This document shows, piece by piece, positions 60,362 through 64,000 of a stretch of DNA of 64,000 nucleotides; position 1 is the first letter of the stretch; the number at the start of each line of letters is the position of its first letter. The stretch comes from Lingula anatina (Eukaryota > Animalia > Brachiopoda), in assembly GCA_051362555.1 (NCBI GenBank), contig CM120640.1, positions 19,716,001 through 19,780,000 of the forward strand, given 5' to 3'. The position numbers were made by a program, and so were the translations under genes. The notes below the pieces were generated by a model that was not told where the DNA came from, did not search any database, and was given only the letters and a program-made list of their open reading frames with translations.

Positions 60362-63300
60362 TTACTAATGACGAAGGCTGTTGCTGTGATATCTGTTGTA
60401 TACATATGATAATACGTTTCAGTATTAGAAATGGAGATTCATCTTCACATTTTCGTTTTTTTTTTCTTGTTTCTTTCCCTTTTTTTTACATTTAGAGGGG
60501 AGTGGGGAGGATGCATTTTTGGTATATAAACATAATCAGTGTAAATGAAGTATGATATTTTGTGTGACTGATATTAAGCTCAAGTTTGATTATTTTCCCT
60601 TTTTTGTAGATGACTAGTTAGCATTTATGTACAAAGAAAAAGCGACAAGATTCAGTTTTCGCTATCAAAGGTGCAGAACATTACACCGATTCGCGTGCCA
60701 ATTTTTTATGTGTTTTGTATCACGAGCTGTGTTCACAGGTTTCTTTTTCACCCCTTTTCTATTTAAATTTTGACGACTTATCTTTAATTGTTTCGGATTA
60801 TGCTTAAACATGACAATGACCTTTTCAGTATGTACATGTATAATATGCCAACAGGATTTTTACCTACCTAGCACCTGTGCCAATTATTTTGTGTTTGTGA
60901 TGTCACTAGCACATGACACATGTCATGCTTCAATTTAAAAAAAAATCATATTACAATTTGTGTTACAGACATCGTGTTAAGATGCATTTACAATGCATAA
61001 TTTTGTTTTAGTTTTATTTCTGGAAAATCAATCTTGTTTTCATTTTTTAGAATTTCTGATAAAAATGACACGAAAGAGCGAATCTGAATGGTAAGGCAAA
61101 GTAATATGGACTATTTTATAATTATACGGGTCACTTTGAAATTAATGTTATTAATGACAGAATATGGAACGTTGGAATGATATGAAATTAATTTCAACTT
61201 ACTCGAACAACTCTTAAATGTCAAGAATCCCATCGAAACGAAGACCAGGAAAAGAAGTTTGAAATCAGACACATTTGAGGGAATTAAGCATTCGAACTAT
61301 TGATAGGTTTGATTAATAATTCAGCGGTTCACACAAAACGTTAATTATAGCAAATTGTGATTGCAGTTACCGCCATTGATTAGCGATACTTTCTCACAGA
61401 GGTATGCCAGCAGAAGCAAATGGCCACTTGTGTTGAATCATATGAATTACGCATGTTAACTAAAGCATAGGTCTGGTTGAGCTTGTCTAATGAAACTTTG
61501 AAATCTTGATCTTCCATTGTGTAATTAGGTTGTACAAGCCATGACATTTACTCGTGTATGTGAATTGTCCGTCCTCAGAAACTGTGATATGACGACATTC
61601 AGTTATTGAATATTAAATTATGCAACCTTTATCGTTTGTCTTCTGTTTTTGTATCTTGTCTGAAAGGTTTGAAATCAGATTCTTGGGTTCAAAGGACTAT
61701 TTCATGCACAATGTCATCGTAGCAGCAGTAGTAGTGGCAGTGACATTTAGCGGCAACAATAGTAACAAGTAGCAGCTTCAAATTGCAATGTTGGCATAAA
61801 CGTGCGGCAACGAAGACCAAGTTAGCTCGCAGTGTATGTCGAATAAGGATTAAAATTAAAATCTTTAAAACGCCACGGACTCTAAGCAGCCTTCTCAATA
61901 CATTATCTATTGATAAGATTTCCATATATTATTAAATGAAACGAAACATGCGTTTTGATAAGAAAGGTCCAGGACCCAGGGCTACGATAAGCATTTTGCC
62001 AAAACGTAAGGTAACTGCCATGGTCACTATTGTAGTTGAGACAAACGGGAGCCTAGGGATATGGCCTATCAGTTTGTCTCATACCGTTCCATTTTCCTTG
62101 TACAATATTTGACGAGAACATTGCATTAAAAAGCCGGAAACGTCAGACTTCATCTCCAAGGCATGTGCATTTGCGTCAATGTTTTGCGCAATTATTGTAA
62201 TTTATACAAAACACAATGCCTTTTGCATTAAAGATATTGGAATAGTCGCGGTCTTGTTCTGTTACGTGCACAGTAATAAAGCAACACTGACATTTCACCT
62301 TTCAGTGGCTATGTTAATAAATACTGATTCAACACGGCTAATTGATCTCTGCTTGGAGGAAGGGGCAGAGTTAATAAATCGAAACTGTAGTTCAAATATA
62401 AGAACAAGACCATGCTTTCGACCATTATAAAACTGATGCAACTTTCGATCGCCCCTCAAAAAATAAATCAGTATGCATTATTTGATGAAGGTCCGTTTAT
62501 TGTTCAGCCAACGTCAATATTAAGGGAATTGAAACAAAGTCCAGGCTAACATGCCGGTATATGGTAAGAAAACATTCCCAAGGCCATTTATTTTCACATT
62601 TTCAGCGTTATTTGTCGTGGACCACATCATCGTCTGTCAGAACTGAATTGATGTAATTTTTTTAGCAGTTTCCTTCTGGGGAATTCTCATGGATGAGACG
62701 CTCAATTTATTGCAGTTCACTCGGAAATGTAGATGAAATGCTGTAAGATTGATTGTAGCCTTGTTGAAGTAATAAAAACACACTGGAGTGCAACTAAAAT
62801 ATTATTTTGTTATTCCGACATTTCATTAGAAAAATGTATTGATTCGACGCATCACTATATGAGGGCCCATAAACATCAAGGTACAAATAAACAACGCAAA
62901 ACTCTCGGAAGATACATTAAAATCGATTTCTTTTATAATTTGAAAATATGTTTCATAACAATTTCGATCGATTTTTGTATTATCTCAAATGGCGTGGAGT
63001 TTATTAGCCGTGTATCTCCAAGATCTGCGGAAATAAAGGAACAATGGTGCTCTGCTTAACAGCTGCTCCTCATATATTGTTAAGTGAGTGCACTCCAGCA
63101 CAAGAGAACGCAATTAAAGAAACGTGTCCTTGTGTACATAAAACACGTGGAAAAAGTGCAAAATATTGTACAAAGCTAGTGAAAATTTCCCTTTGTGTTT
63201 TACTCTTGTCTCGGTAGCTCGATTTATTGGCATATCTATCCTGCGTCCACTGTCATTTTTGCAAATTGATATCAATTAAACTAAGGAGTTATAAAACTCG

Positions 63301-64000
63301 TATTGTAAAAACTAAGCGTCTGAAGCGTTTGGTGCTTTGCTAAAATAAGCGCAGACGACAGAACTAACACCGCTTTGAACTGTTGGGGAAAATGTAAAAC
63401 TGGTATCCAAGGTCAAAATGTCGTGGGCCTTGGCCTTGCAAATCAGTTCTAATTTCTAGCAATGTCGAGCAGACATGTTCCCAGTCCTTGTCATACTATC
63501 AATTCAAATTCCCAAAATGGCGAGATACATTGAATGTTTACCATCATATCAAGAATGACATTAAACTCGGAAAAGGAAATTCAAAGACAAAAAGAGGAAA
63601 CTGGAAGCACCGTTATTCTGATAGGGTAAAACGTTTTTTTTTAACCCAGGACAAACATATAGCCTAGTGGTCTGGGTTGGAAAAGGGTTTATGGAATTTG
63701 GGCAGTTGTGTTGAATTGCATTTGTGAATAAATGCACCATATCTCATAATGATTGGGCAATGTAAACGACGTAATTTTCAGCGAGTCTGTAAATGCGTAA
63801 TAGGAACTACTGCAATTCGGGGTGAAAATTATTAGGAACAAAGCAAGCTTTTTGTTTCTACAATTAATAACATTTTATGTTTACCACGAGGTACTGGCAC
63901 TTCCCTTGTAAATGATGTCACGGTCAGTTACCTATTAGGTCACAAAATATGGTATGTTATTCAAGTGCAATACTATATACTTCAAACTGACCGTCACCAA

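Noticed and set aside
61689-63059. Short ORFs at the right end
   Set aside because: No recognisable motifs or consistent exon chain; treated as intergenic.

Overview
AT-rich, intron-rich animal genomic DNA (invertebrate; the Helentron-type repeats resemble those of molluscs and other lophotrochozoans, but taxon is inference). Most ORF-track entries are exon fragments or noise, so I assembled spliced genes by hand from splice sites and protein recognition. They are: the 5' end of ARID2 (-, exons 1-3); two tandem LIPA/LIPF-family acid lipases (+, 10 coding exons each); macoilin/MACO1 (-, 12 exons) head-to-head with CCT8 (+, 16 exons); and a divergent pair of unrecognised genes (303 aa Cys/His-rich, -; 550 aa low-complexity, +). 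Introns and intergenic DNA hold non-autonomous transposons: three Helentron-associated (HINE/DINE-1-like) elements, one with an ~11x146-bp array; a 1-kb foldback element; a hAT relic nested in a TA-flanked element; and hairpin MITEs. Best leads: a PAM2-like (PABP-binding) motif at the macoilin C-terminus, a candidate SNORA44-like H/ACA guide in CCT8 intron 11, an AGGTCA-dense satellite arising inside a HINE, a RORE/DR2 plus CLEAR-like cluster at lipase 1, and the orphan gene pair. All coordinates and matches were read by eye; no searches were run.
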